Of a stretch of DNA of 64,000 nucleotides, positions 29,150 through 42,960 are shown piece by piece. Every line of letters starts with the position of its first letter. Positions within the stretch are counted from its first letter, which is position 1. The stretch is from the human T2T-CHM13v2.0 reference genome, Homo sapiens. The position numbers were made by a program, and so were the translations under genes. The notes under the pieces are model-generated. The model was not told the origin of the DNA. It did no database searches and saw nothing but the letters and a program-made list of their open reading frames with translations. The DNA is taken from the NCBI RefSeq assembly GCF_009914755.1, contig NC_060939.1, one strand, 5' to 3'.

Positions 29150-31614
29150 GCATATATGCCACATTTTCTTTCTCCATTCATTCATTGATGGACACTTAGG
29201 TTGATTCTAGGCTATTGTGAATATTGCTGTAATAAGCATGAGAGTCCAGAAATCTCTTTAACATACTGATTTAATATTCTTTGAATATATACCCAGTAGT
29301 GGGATTGCTGGATTATGTGATAAGTCTATTTTTAATGTTTTTGGAAGTTATATTGTATTCCATAACAATTGCTCTAATTTACATTTCCACCAACAGTGTA
29401 TGAACATTCCCATTTCTTTACATCCTTGCCAGCATTTGTTATTTTTTGACTTTTTCATAAAAAACATTCTAAGCAGGGTGAGATGATATCTCACTGCGGA
29501 TTTGGCTTGCATTTCTCTGATTATTAGTGATGGTGAGCATTTTTTCATATACCTGTTGGTGATTTTTTTGTCTTATTTGGAGAAATGTCTATTCAGCTAT
29601 CTTGACTATTTTCTAATCCAATTATTTGTATTTTTGCTATTGAGTTGTTTGAGTTTTCTATAATTTTGGGGTATTAACCCCTTATGAAGTGAATAGTTTG
29701 CAGATATTTTCTCCCATTTTGTAGGTTGTCTCTTCACTCTCATGATTGTTTCCTATGCAGTGCAGAAGTTTTTATTTGGTGTAATCCCATTTGTTTATTT
29801 TTGCTTTTGCTGTGCATGTCTTTTGATGTCTTTTCTAAAAAGTCCTTGCCCAGACCAATGACATATAACATTTCACCTATGTTTTCTTCTACTAGTTTCA
29901 TAGTTTGGGGTCTTACATTTAAATATTTAATTTATTTTGAGTTGATTTTTTTATATGATGAGAGATAGGGGTCTACTTTCATTCTTTTGTATGTGGATAT
30001 GCACTTTTCCCAGCACCATTTGTTGAAAAGACTGTCTTTTCCCAATTGAATGTTTGCACCTTTGTCAAAAATAAGTTGCATGTAAATATGTGGATTTATG
30101 CCTGAGCTCTCTATTTTTGTTCCACTGGTCTACATGCCTGTTTTTATGCCAATACCATGCTGTTTTAGTTAGGATAGCTTTGTAATATATTTTGAAATTA
30201 GATAGTGTAATACCTCTAGCATTGCTCTTTTTGCTTAAGATTTATTTGGCTATTTGGGGTGTTTTGTAGTTTCACATGGATTTTAAGATATTTTTTAATA
30301 TCTGTGAAGAATGAAGTTGGAAATTTGATAGAGATTATATTGGATTTATAGATTGATTTGAGTAGTATGGTCATTTCAACAATATTAATTCTTGTAGTCC
30401 ATGAACATGGGATATCTTTCTATTTATTTTAATTTTTTAAATTGCTTTTATCAATGTTTAATAATTTTCATCTTTCTGTGGCTTAATTTACTCATAGGTA
30501 TTTTGTTTTTTTTATAGCTATTTTAAATGGGATTATTTTCTTGATTCCTTTTTCAGATAGTCTGCTATTGGTGTAGAGATGTTACTGATTTTTTATGTAG
30601 CTTTTGTATCCTGAAACCTTATTGTATTCATTTACTATTTCTGATTCTCAGTGGTGTATTTAGGGTTTTTTACATATATGATCATGTCATCTGCAAAGAG
30701 GGACAATTTGACTTTTTTTTCCAATTTGGATGCCTTTTATTTCTTTCTCTTACATAATTGTTATGACTAGGACTTCCAGTACTATGTTGAAAAAAGTGAT
30801 TAAAGTGAACATCCTTGTCTTGTTCCAGATCCTAGGGGCAAAGCTTTCAAGTTTTCACCATTCAGTATAATGTTGCCTGTGGGTTATCACATATGGTCTT
30901 TATTTTATTATGTTCTTTTATAACTAATTTGTTAAAAAGTTTGATCATAAAAGGATGTCTAATTTTGTCAAATGCTTTTTCTGCATCTATTGAAATGATT
31001 ATATGTTTTTTATCCTTCTTTGTTTAATGCGACATATCACATTTTATTGATTTACATGTATTAGACTATCCTTACCTCCCCGGGTAAATACCACTTGATT
31101 ATGGTGAATAATCTTTTTAATGTGCTTTTGAATTATCATTGCTAGAACTGCTGGTTTTGAATGTTTGCATCTATGTTTATCAATGATATTGGCCTGGAGT
31201 TTTCGAAGAGTTCCCTCCTTTTCATTTTTTTGAAATAGTTTGTAAATAATTTGTGTAAGTTTTTAAAATGTTTTGTAGAATCTGATATATTCCCATGTGG
31301 CCTGCTCCCCTGTTAGGGTTCCCAGGGTAAGTGGTGATTCCTTTTCTGTCTTTTTAAAGATTTTAGAAATGCAGCTTCTGCTGTGGGCCACTAGGTGGAG
31401 TACTTCAGAGCAGGGTTTGTGGGAGTACAAAGCTAAGTTCTGCTGCTTTTGCTTGATGCTTCTGCAGCTTCCTTGACTACTGTGGATGATAAGTAACTAT
31501 TTTCTTCCTCTTCTTTCTTTTTTCCCCACACTCTTTGGAGTGAACTTGAAACATTTAGGAAGTTTGTTGATCAACATATACCGTGTTTATGAAAATCCAG
31601 CTAAGATAATATGG

Positions 31615-32030
31615 TAGGACTCCTTTGGTTATAAATAATAGAATTCAAACTCAAACTGGTCTAAGCCAAAAAATATATATTAATTTGTGGACTCGTATAA
31701 TGGAAAAATCCAGGGTGTAGCTTCAGAATGGCTGAACGTAGGGACTCAGGACTTGGTTCCTCTCAGCTTCCTTGCTTTTTCTTCCCCATTGATTTTATTC
31801 TCAGACAAGTTTTCCCTTTGTGCTGCAATGTGGCCATCATCACTCCTCCAGTTTACATTTCCTTAGTTCCACAGCCCCAGAATAAAGCAAAAACATAAAC
31901 ACTTCTAATAGTTTCAATAAGAGACTAGAGATTGACTTTGGGTGTGAGGCTTGGATTTCATGTCCATTTCTAGTTTCATCTGTGCCAGGATTAGAAGTAT
32001 ATTCATTGGCCAGGCCTGTGTCACGAGCAC
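31615..32030. mobile_element. Probable old MLT1-type LTR relic
   Basis: ctttggtt..aaataatagaa..caaactcaaactgg...gtagcttcag..atggctg motifs; highly diverged. Confidence 0.4.
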
Positions 32031-35000
32031 ATACAGGGTTTCCACTGTCCACACAGTGCCTTTGCAAGTATTAGAAAATGGTTCCCCTTTCTCCAGTTAG
32101 ATGCAGCCCTGTATCAGGGCATGTGGCTTGGAGAAGAGCATGCAGGCTGGATTTCAACCCCCTTTCTCCCTTAGCTGGGTTTCTTCCTTGAGTGAACAAC
32201 ATACTTGTTAGTAGCTGTCCTGTGCTTATTCCTGAAACTGGGGGTGAAATCAGCCACCACGCCAAAACTGAAGGATAGAAGGTGGCTTCATCTAGGGTAT
32301 CAGATAATGGCTAATAACAAAGGGAGGGGACAGTGGGTGCTGTGTGGGCAAAAGGAGCAAAAAATAACCCTAACCTGTCTAGACTTCATCTCAGAAGCCA
32401 TATACAACCTTCTTCAATGGAAATATTTAACACTTCAGGAGTGCCAAGAAGGCTATAAGGAGCATATCTCTTAAGGACTTAAGTTAGGGCATTCTAGAAT
32501 GTATGCTTTACGGATTTACCTTATAAATATATAACTGACTAATACACACAGAAAATATATTGCAGAGTAACATAGATGACAGAACTTGAAATACATGACA
32601 TTCTACCGCAGTCTATCCTTATTTTCTAACTTATCAAAAGACTCAGAGGATCTTTTTTTTGTATTGATAAATTTCTAACCAGAGCCCTATTTACTTGTGT
32701 CTTGAAAAACAGAGTATTTGCAAATATGTCTGAAGAGGGAAGAGAAAGAAGATGATTCCAAAAAAGCTGATAACATTAAGACATCTGTTTATAGAAGATG
32801 TAAATTTGCAACCACAAATTAAAAGCTTATAGGAGCTACACAGAATGTGAAGAAAAATAAATGAAACCAAACCACTACAAGAAATAACCAAACTAAGAAG
32901 ACAGCAAGAGAGGAAAAAAAGAACTGCAAAACATATGAAAAACAATTAACCAAACGCAAGTTACTCCTTACCCATCAACAATGACTTTAAATGTGAAAGG
33001 ATTAAACTATCTAATTAAAAGACATAGAGTGGCACAATGCATAAAAGATACTCATCAGTACATATTTATAAGGGAGTCACTTTAGATATAAAGATACATA
33101 GAGGCTCAAAGTGAAGGGATGGGAAAAGATACTCTACGCAAATGGTAAACAAAAAAGAGCAAGGGTATCTATATTTAGATCAGAAAAAATAGACTTGAAA
33201 TCAAAAACTGTCACTAGAGACTAGGAAGGTCATTATATAATGATAAAAGTTCACTTCAATGGGAAGATTGAAAATATATATCCACCCAACATTAGAACAC
33301 CTAAATATATAAAGTTAATGTCAACAAAGCTAAGGGGAGAAATCAGTAACACTAAAATAATAGTAGCCAACTTCAGTACCCCAAATTCAATAATGGATAG
33401 AACATCTAGGCAGGAATAAAAAAAGAGGAAACAGCTGACTTGAACAACACAGTAGATTAAACACTGACAGATACACAACTTTCCATCCAACAGCAGCAGA
33501 ATATACATTCTTCTCAAGTGCAAACAGAATCTTCTCTGAGATAGATCAAATCTTAGGTCACAAGGCATACTACAAATTTAAGAAGTTTGATAAAACGCCA
33601 AGTATCTTCTCGTTCCACAATGGAATAAAATTAGAAGTCAATAACAAAGAAAACAGAAACATTTACAAAAATGCAGAAACTAAACAACACATGCTTGAAC
33701 AACCATTGGGTAAAAGAAGAAATCAAAAGGGAATTTTAAAAATATCTTGAGACAAATAAAAATGAACACACAATTCAACAAAACTTACAGGATGCAGCAA
33801 AAGAAGTGCTAAGAGGGAAATGTTGCAGTGATAAATACCTACATTAAAAAATAAGAAAGATCTAACTCGAACAACCTAACTTTAAAAATAAACAATTAGA
33901 AAAAGAGAAACTAACTAAACCCAAAGTTAGCATAATGAAGTAAATAATAAAGATTAGAATATAAATAAAATAACTATAAAATAGAAAACAATAGAAAAAT
34001 CAACAAAGCTAGAGTTGAATTTTTGGAAATACAAACAAAAATAACAAACCCTTAGCTACACTAAGAAAAAAAGAGAAACTCAAGTAAATATAATCAGAAA
34101 TGAAAATGGAGACATTATAGGAAATGTACAGGAATACAAATGATTATAAAGGACAATTAAGCGATTATATGCCAATAAATTGGATAACCTGGAAGAAATG
34201 GATAAATTCTTAGAAAGACGCAATCTACCAAAATGGAACAAAAATGAAATAGAACAGACCAAAAGCAAGCAAAGAGATCTAATCAGTAATCAAAAATTTC
34301 CCAACAAAGAAAAGCCCAGGTGCAGATGCTTTCATGGGCAACTTCTACCAAACATTCAAAGAAGAACTAACACCAAAACTTCTTAAACTCTTCAGAAAAA
34401 ATAGAAGAGAGAATACTCTCAAACTCATTTCATGAGGCCGATGTTACCATGACTTAAAAGCTAGACGAAGACAACACAAGAAAAAATAATTACAGACCAG
34501 TATCCTTAACGAATATAGATGCAAAAATTCTCAATAAAATACTAACTAGCAAACTGAATTCAAAAGCACATTGAAAAGGTCATACACCATGACCAATTGT
34601 AATTTATCTATGTGATACAAGGATGTTTCAATGTGTAAAAATTAATAATGTGATATACCACATTAACAGAATGAAAGATAAAAATAACATTCCAATGGAT
34701 GCAGAAAACACATTTGACAAAATTCAATATACTTTCATGATAAAACTCTCAATAAAATAAGTATACAAGAAACTTACCTCAACATTATAAAGGCTGTATA
34801 TGAAAAACCTATATCTAATATTATAATCACTGGGGAAAAACTGAAAGCTTTTTCTTAATATCTGGAACAAGACAAGGATGTCTACTCTCATCACTCCTAT
34901 TCAACATAGTACTAGAAATCCTAGCCAGAGCAATCAGGCAAGAGAAATAAAAGGCATCAAAACTGAAAGGAAAGATGTAGCTACCTCTGTTAACAGAAAA

Positions 35001-35058
35001 CATGATTATTATACATTGAAAACTCTAAAGACGCCACAGAAAATGGTTACAAATAATA

Positions 35059-35281
35059 CAGTCAGTCTTTCATATCTGCTGGGGATTTGTTTCAGGACCC
35101 CCTCAGATAACAAAATCTGTGATGATCAACTCCCTCACATAAAATCGTGTATAGTTGGCCCTATGTATCCATGGGTTCACATCTGTGGATTCAAACCACC
35201 ACAGATGGAAAATGTGTACAAGTTATGTTCATAGTTGATTGAGTTCTTGGTTGCAGAACCCATGGATATGAAGGACTGACT
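35059..35281. mobile_element. MER2-like Tigger (Tc1/mariner) MITE nested in the L1
   Basis: Terminal inverted repeats cagtcagtctttcatatc / gatatgaaggactgact with TA flanks. Confidence 0.75.
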
Positions 35282-36574
35282 ATATAATAAATTTACTAAA
35301 GTTGTAGGATACACAATCGACATACAAAAATCATTGCTATTTCTAAACACTAACAATGAATTGTCTGAAAGGGAAATTTAAAAAACAGTATCAAATAAAC
35401 TACTTTGGAACTAACTAACCAAAGAAGTGAAAGACTTAAACACTACAAATTATAAAAGATTGATGACAGAAATTTAAGCCAAAGTAAATTGAAAGACAAC
35501 CCATGGATTGAAAGAGTTAGTATTGTATTATTAAAGTGTCCATATTACTCAAAGCAATCTACACATTTAATGTAATCCATATCAAAATTCCAATGGTATC
35601 TCTCACAGAAATAGAAAAAAAATCCTAAAATTCATATAGAATCACAAAAATCCCTGAGTGGCAGAAGCAATTTTGAGCAAGAACAAAGCTACAGGTATCA
35701 CACTTCCTGACTTCAAATTAAATTACAAAGCTGTAGAAAGAAAAAACACTGTGGTACTGGCATAAAAACAGACACATAAACCAGTGAAACAAAATAGAGA
35801 ACCTAGGCATAACCCATACATTTGCAGTAATTGATCACCCTGGAAGGTGACAAGGAGACACTATAGGGAGAGGATATGTTGTTGACCAAATGGTGTTAGG
35901 AAAGCTGGATGTCTACATGTAAAAGAATGAAATCGGATCCCTAGCTCATGCCTTATGTAAAAATTAACTCAAAATGGATTAAACGTTTAAATGCAATCAC
36001 TGAAACCATAAAACTCCTAGAAGAAGACAAGAGAAAACATTCTTGACATTGGTCTTGGCAATAATTTGTTTAGATATGATGCCAAAAGCACAGGCAACAA
36101 AGGCAAAATAGATAAATGAATTACATCGAACTAAAAAGCTTCTGCACAGTAAAGAAAACAACTAAAGAAATGATAACGCAACCTATGAAATGGGGAAAAT
36201 GTTTTAAACCATATCTCTTATAAGGAGTTCAAAAAATAAGGACACATACACATCAATTCCAAAATTATGAATAACCTGATTTTATTTTAAGGCAAAGAAA
36301 CTAAATAAATACATCTCAAAAGAAGAAACTCAAACGGCTAACAGGTATATGAAAATGTGCTCATCATCTCTAAACTTCAGAGTAATGCAAATCAAAACCA
36401 CAATGAGATATCATGTCACACCTGTTAAAATGGCTATTATCAAAAAGAGAAAAGATAAGTGTTGGTAAGAATGTGGAGAAAAGAAAACCATTATACACTA
36501 TTGACGGGAATGCAAATTAGTAAAACACAGAAAACAGTATTGAGGTTCCTCCATAGAAAATTGAAAATAGCACT

Positions 36575-36860
36575 GGCCTGGTGTGGTGTCTCACACCTGT
36601 AATCCCAGGATTTGGGGAAGTCAAGGCAGGAGGCCAGGAGCTCCAGACCAGCCTGGGTAACATAGCAAGACCCCATCTCTGAAAAAAATTTAAAATTAAC
36701 CAGACATGGTGTTGTACACCTGTAGTCCCAGGTACTCAGGAGGCTGAGGTAGGAGGATCGCTTGATCCCAGGAGTTCAAGGCTGCAGTGAGCTATGATCT
36801 TGCCACTGGACTTTACCTTGGATGACAGAGTGAGACCCGGTTTCAAAAATAAAAAAAAAA
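36575..36860 (+). mobile_element. AluJ nested in the L1
   Basis: ggaggatcgcttgatcccaggagttcaaggctgcagtgagctatgat. Confidence 0.88.
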
Positions 36861-37719
36861 GAACTACCACATAATCCAACAATTTCACTTCTGGATATAT
36901 GTCCAGTGAAATTGACATAAGAGTCTTAGAGAGGTGTCTGTCATCCCCTGTTCATTGCAGCATGACACACAATGACCAAAATATGAAAATAACCTAAGTG
37001 TCCTTTGGCAGAGGAACAGATGAATGGGTAAAGAAAATGTGACGTGTATACATAAAATGAAATATTATACAACCTTGAAAAAGAAGGAAATCCTTCTATT
37101 TGTGAAAACATGGATGGAGCTGGAAGATATTGCGCCAAGCAAAAATGCAAGACACAGAGACAAATACTTCATGATCTCACTTACATGAGGAATCTATAAC
37201 AGTCAAATTCATAAAAACAGAGAATAGGACAGTGGTTGCCAGGGGCTCAGGGAGGGGAAATGAGGTGATGTTAATTAAATTGTGCAATGTTCAAGTTATA
37301 ATAATTTCTGGAGATATAATGTACAAACATGGAACAACACTGTATCATATTCTTGTGTTCTGCTAAAGGACTAGATCATAAATTAATTACTGTCAACACA
37401 CACACAATGGTAAGTATGTAGAGGTAATATGCTAATTTGCTTGATTGTGGTGATCATTTCGAAAAGTATAGAAATATCAAAACATTAAGTTACCTTAAAT
37501 TTATACAATTTGTATATGTCATGTTATCATCATAAAGCTGTTAAGAAAGATTTAGTGAATCATGTCAACCACCTGGGAACTTTCTCATGACAGGGAGGGC
37601 TGGAGTAGGAAAATGGAATTTTGCAACAAGGATAGGGTGAGGGACATGGGAAATGATTGATCAAGTATTTATGAAATGACCTGGGTGGAAGCTACATCAA
37701 AGGGTATGAGATTTAGCGC

Positions 37720-38185
37720 ATCAGTCCTCAAACTTTTTGGTTTCAGGAACACTTTACATTTTTAAAAGTTATTGAGGACCCCAAAGAGCTTTTATTTATT
37801 TGGATTATATCTATCTATATTTATCATATTAAACATTAAAACTGAGAAATTAAAACAAATAAAATAATATGTGTTTATGTAAATCACATTTTTATTTAAA
37901 ATTATCATTTTTAAGGAGTAAAGTTGGTGAGAACAGTGACATTGTTTCATATTTTTAGGTATGTCTTTAAAATCTGGTTTAATAGGAGAAAACTTGGTTC
38001 TCCTTTCTGCTTCTATGTTTAATTTCTTGTGACATCCCATGTCAGGTAGCCTCTGAGAAACTCCAATTATACTTGTGAGAGAATGAAAGTAGAAAAGTTA
38101 AACAAAACCTGTGTCTTTTTATGAAAAGACTTTTGACCTTGCAGAGCCCCTGGAAGAGACTCAGGGACTTCTCAGGGTTCTCTGG
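37720..38185. mobile_element. hAT-Charlie family DNA transposon relic
   Basis: ctcaaactttttggt..caggaac...ttattgaggaccccaaagagctttt and ttatgaaaa..ttttgacctt.cag..cccctg ends. Confidence 0.6.
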
Positions 38186-38594
38186 CTCGTGTGTTCACAG
38201 AGTAGAGGGTAAGTCCGCAAGAGAAAGCAGTGATTGGCTGTGGGAGGTCTTGCTGAGAGGTGGTAGAGAAGAGGTTGGATGTGTAGAAAGTATGGTCGTT
38301 ATTTTCATTTCTTTTCCTTTTCCTTTGGCCTCTTGTTGCTGGGATTTCCTCTTTAGATGATCGTATCATAAATTAGAAATAGCATTAATGAACATTCTTG
38401 ATACTGCCTAATGAAAGTTTCTGTTTTGTCTTCCTGAGTCTTGATACATTTCAAGAAGTCTTCTATCTCATTTATTGTTCCCACTGAAATTTGGAATTTA
38501 GGAAGAGTCGATATAGCTATATTTAGATGATTTATCTCTCTGAAGACATTTTGGGATCATTTATAAATCTCTGTAAACAATGCTCTGATGTTCC

Positions 38595-38897
38595 TTTATT
38601 TTGTTTAGAGACTTGGTCTTGCCGTGTTGTCTGGAGTGGAGTGGCTCGAGCGTAGCTCACAATACACAATACAATCAAACTCTTGGGCTCAAAGTGATCC
38701 TTCCACTCAGCCTCCACAGTAGCTAGGTCTGCAGGTGTGTGCCAACACGCCTAGCTTTTGATACTATATTATTTTTGTAGAAATGAGGGTTTCATTATGC
38801 TGCCCAGGCTGGTCTTCCAACTCCTGGCCTCAAGCGATCCTCCTGCCTTCTGCCGTCTGAGGAGCTGAGATTACAGGTGTAAGCCACCATGCTGGTC
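38595..38897 (-). mobile_element. AluJ (antisense, diverged)
   Basis: ctcttgggctcaaagtgatcc...ctcctggcctcaagcgatcc...gattacaggtgtaagccacc. Confidence 0.85.
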
Positions 38898-38960
38898 CTG
38901 ATGTCATTTAAATACAAACATGATACTGTATTCCTTGTAGAAAGTGCTACATAAATATAA

Positions 38961-39248
38961 TTTTTTTGAAATAGGGTCTTGCTGTGTCACCCAGGCTGGA
39001 ATGCAGTGGTATGATCACATTCACTGCAGCCTTGACCTGCTGGGCTTAAGTGATCCTCCCACCTCAGCCTTCCAAGTAGCTGGGACCTGAGGTATGAGCC
39101 ACGAAGCCCAGAGAATTTTTCAATTTTTGGGAAAGATCGGCGTGTCACTGTGTTGCCCAGGCTGGTCTTGAACTCTTGGGCTCAAGTTACCCTCCACCCA
39201 GGTATCCCAAAGTGCTGGGATTACAGGCCTGAACCACTGCACCGGGTC
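38961..39248 (-). mobile_element. AluJ (antisense)
   Basis: tttttttgaaatagggtcttgctgtgtcacccaggctgg...cccaaagtgctgggattacagg. Confidence 0.88.
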
Positions 39249-40625
39249 CTAAAAATTCATTCACTTTATTTGTTTGTGCACAAGGTGCTGCTGTTTCCCT
39301 TCTAATAACATGAGACAGCTCACTCAAGAACATCAAGAACACGACATTCTCTTAAAAAAATCACAGTAGTTCCTTTTCCATAACTATTAAGTTTTCAAGA
39401 TGTTATCAGGTTTATCTCATAGAAAGAATGTGTAAAATTTTTCTTGTAGAAACATAATCTTTTAGCAATGAGTTAGTTAAAAAAGTTGGCATTATCAGAA
39501 TGAAGATTTCCTTTTCCCTATAATTTTATTTATTATAATTATATTTTTAGTGATATCAATTGCTTTATAAAAACTCATTGCATTATATACCCAATGACTG
39601 TGAAATCGTCTGCTTTGAAGCACAGTGAAGTCATCAATCAGCATACTGGGTCTAACACAGTTCCTTCCATTTTAAGAAAGCTATTTACACTCCAATTTGC
39701 AAGTTGGATTTTACAAAAATTAAAACATTTAGAAAATATACTAACTATGATTGTTTTAAAAAGTAGTGGTTTTTTATGGTAAGGAAATAAATTGAAGCTC
39801 TGTTTTGGAAAGTGCAGAAAACAAATCAGCATCTTTATAAATAGATTTTACTGCTGGTTTAGAAATTACCTTATGTGCTTTATAGATGATGGAAAATGAA
39901 ATCAGCTGCAGTTAGCAGTGTGCATGCATCGTACTTGCTGTGTCACTTTCAGAAAGATTATGGAATATTGGCAGATCAGGATTCTCAAAATGATAAGTTC
40001 TAAGAAGAGGCTAAATGAAAAAGAATTTTAAAAGCAAGGTTAATTGTTTAATATATACATGGACGAGTTATGGGGAAATCCTGGACTGGGAGCTAGCAGA
40101 TCTATGTTCTGACTTTTACTAAGTCATTGGCTGCTACAGCAGGCCAAGCAAACATAACTGCCAAGGCTGCCTGGGAGTTGGGTTGATTGGCAATTGGCAC
40201 AGGGAGAGAGGACAATTGCCAGAATAATGGCCAAATAGTCAGGTTTTCATGTTAAGTGAAGCAGGACGTGCATTTGTATCCCAAGGGCAAAACTGACGCT
40301 AGAATCTGGGCCTCCTGGCTGAATCTGAATCCACAGTCTGATGAGTAGGATGAAGTAGTCTCAGAAATCCAAGCCAGCCAGAACCCATGAGGTGTGCTCT
40401 GCAGATATTGGCTGGCGAGCTGCATTAAGATGTTTCATTCCATTGAGCAAACATTTCCTTGATTGGTAAGGTTAGCATCCCACAAGAGTAGAGACAAATT
40501 CTTCAGAATTTGTCCATGAAGCTATAGTCCCAGAGCTTATATTTCAAGGGAGGAGGGAGGAAACAACATCTCAGGATGGTAGGTGATTACAGCTAAACCG
40601 AATTCTGAAAATAAAAGGAACCCTA

Positions 40626-40970
40626 TGTCTTTGTCTGCTCAGGCTGCTTCTACAAGCAAATGTAGACTGAGTGGTTTAAACAGCACATACTTGTTTCTCA
40701 CAGTTGTGGGAATTCAAAGATTAAAATCTGGGCCAGCAGAGCCAGTGTCTGGTGAAGGCCCTCTTACTGGTTTGCAGGTGTTCTTGTTGTATCTTCACAT
40801 AGCTGAGAGAAGAGGGCTCTAGTCTTCTACTCTTCTTATTAGGATGCTAACCCCATTGTGGGAACTCCATCCTCATCAAAACCAAATTACTTCCCAAAGG
40901 TCCTCCTTCTAATGCCATTCTATTGTTAGAGTTTCAACATGTGCATTTGTTGATGCAAACATGCAGTGCA
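40626..40970. mobile_element. MLT1A-like MaLR LTR
   Basis: tgtct..gtctgctcaggctgct...agactgagtggtttaaacagcac...gtgtctggtgaaggccc...aattacttcccaaagg...tttcaacat. Confidence 0.7.
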
Positions 40971-41289
40971 CAGCATCTTATCTAATCAAGTCAGTTGTCC
41001 CTTGAATAAAATTCTAGCTCCTATAACAAAACTTCAAATTATGACTTGGTTGTTGCCAAAACTATCTATCTGGATTTGCTAGAAATCAAACATACGTGAA
41101 TATTTCCTCTAAAGATTTTCTCATTCATACCTATTGTGTATATTTACAGAATTCTTAAATAATTACATACTCAAGGCTTCTATTAGCTCTGACGAGAGCT
41201 TCTATTAGCTTTGACTATTGCAAGCAGCTTTATAGCACTGTAGGTAAAAGCATGTGCTTTGAAATCATACAATAAATTTATTGAATGCT

Positions 41290-41500
41290 AAGCACTTTAT
41301 AATCACTATTTAATTTTATCATCTTAATAACCTTCATTATTACCTCCATTAAACCCTATTTGTTGGCTACTTATATTATTCTGATTTTGCAAATCTAAAT
41401 TTGAGAGGCTTTCCCAATGTCACATAAGTTAATAAGTGGCATAGCTGGGGTTTGAATTAAAGTCTACCTGATTCCAAGATCTATTTACCATTGTTCTACA
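41290..41500 (-). mobile_element. MIR fragment
   Basis: ttcccaatgtcacata.gtta.taagtggcatagctggggtttgaa. Confidence 0.6.
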
Positions 41501-42734
41501 ATATGTAGTTTTTAGGTCCCTGAGAATGCTAACAGTCTTTCTTTTGAAATCTGCATTATTTCTGGATAGCAGCTTTATTAATACGTGATTACAGTACCAT
41601 ATTTCAGGCAACAAAATTCTTTGAAATCTTTCATTTCCATAGGGAGATAACGATCAGTTCTGTGGCATTGTCAGCCAGAAAACATCATTTGGAGACTATC
41701 TTGTACAAGAAGTAGAAGACACAGCTGGGGGCCTGCGGAGGACAGAAAGCTCACAGCTTCTGTCAGTACCCCTTTCACTTCCTCCTCAAGGAGATTGACC
41801 TCTGTGGTTGGTCAAGCTTAAGGATCTTTTATGGGCCACAGCTAATGGTGAAATCTTCCTAACTCTAGGTGAAGATTAATGGGCAAGTTGGAGAGTTAAG
41901 GTAGCTTATGGCTGCTCCTTTTAGAAAAAGTCTGATCATTGCTCTCTTATTTGTGAAACCCCTCTGTTCCCCCAAATGCTTGGTAAGACATGCCTGAAGA
42001 CCAATCCTGTGTCAGTAGACTTCATATCCACTCTCTTCTACCAATCACACAACTACAGACAAATAAGAAAAATAAAGCAAAGCTCAGACACACTCCCCTG
42101 GCACGGAGGCCACTCTCTGGCTGGCTGCTTTTCTCTACCATGCCGCCTCCTGGGCATTTGGCTCTTTCTTAGATCAAACAGAGACATGGGTTTGGGATTA
42201 AAGAGAAGTAGGTGAAAGGGGTCTCTGGCCTGTTTTGGCATTAGACCAAGTAAATAACAGAGTTCTGGCTTAAGCTCAGCTCTGTAGAGCTTTCTCTGTG
42301 TTTGGGGAAAATCTCCGATAGTAATGAAGAGGTATTTTACTGTGCTTCGTTTTCTGTACATATATCTCTTTCTTAGGTATGTTGTGAGGAGATTCGTTCC
42401 CTGGACAAATGCCATCTTAATCACCTTCATTATTACCAATTTTATTTTATTTGCAGAATTAAAATTTAAATAGACATTCAGGAAACAAGTCTGGTGAGAG
42501 AATTATGTTATGAGGTTAATCTTTCAGCATCTGCCTTAGTGACATTGATTATTTCCCCCCTTGTTTTTCACCAAGCTCCAGGCTTGCAAAAGAATTGTGA
42601 TGTGGTCTGAGGCAAACTTACTGATTGGCTAGTGGTAAGTTAAACCATAACCTGTAGGACCGCTGGGAACCATTGCTTGTCACTGGCCAGAAATCCACTG
42701 TTTGGAAGTGTGCGCTGGGAAGGCTGTTCATACT

Positions 42735-42960
42735 TATTGATACATGCTTTGTTCTTGGCACTATGTTAAGTACTGGACACATGAAACAATTTGGAATATC
42801 GTTACATTCAACCCTCACAATAGTCTGATGTATATGTTATTAGTCCCGTATTAGAGACGAGTAAACAAGATTAGAGGAAGAGAAGTACACAGCTGGAACC
42901 ACACAGGCAGCACTGGTACTAGAAGCAGTTCCATCTCACCCTGGACCACCATTTCTATGC
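42735..42960 (-). mobile_element. MIR fragment
   Basis: ggcactatgttaagtact...cattcaaccctcacaa...tattagtcccgtattagagacgagtaaac. Confidence 0.5.

Larger units (their letters stand above)
28515..31285 (-). mobile_element. L1MA-type element (antisense; 3'UTR and ORF2 3' half)
   Basis: Minus-strand ORF 29348-29548 ([24 protein letters not shown]...) is degenerate ORF2 C-terminus; T-rich antisense L1 body. Confidence 0.85.
32780..37545 (+). mobile_element. Long degenerate L1M (L1MA/L1MB) ORF2 plus 3'UTR
   Basis: ORF 34180 ([18 protein letters not shown]) and collinear ORF2 remnants through to an L1MA-like 3' end. Confidence 0.85.

Noticed and set aside
41644-41810. Possible lncRNA exon after tttcatttccatag
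   Set aside because: Weak donor and no independent evidence from sequence alone
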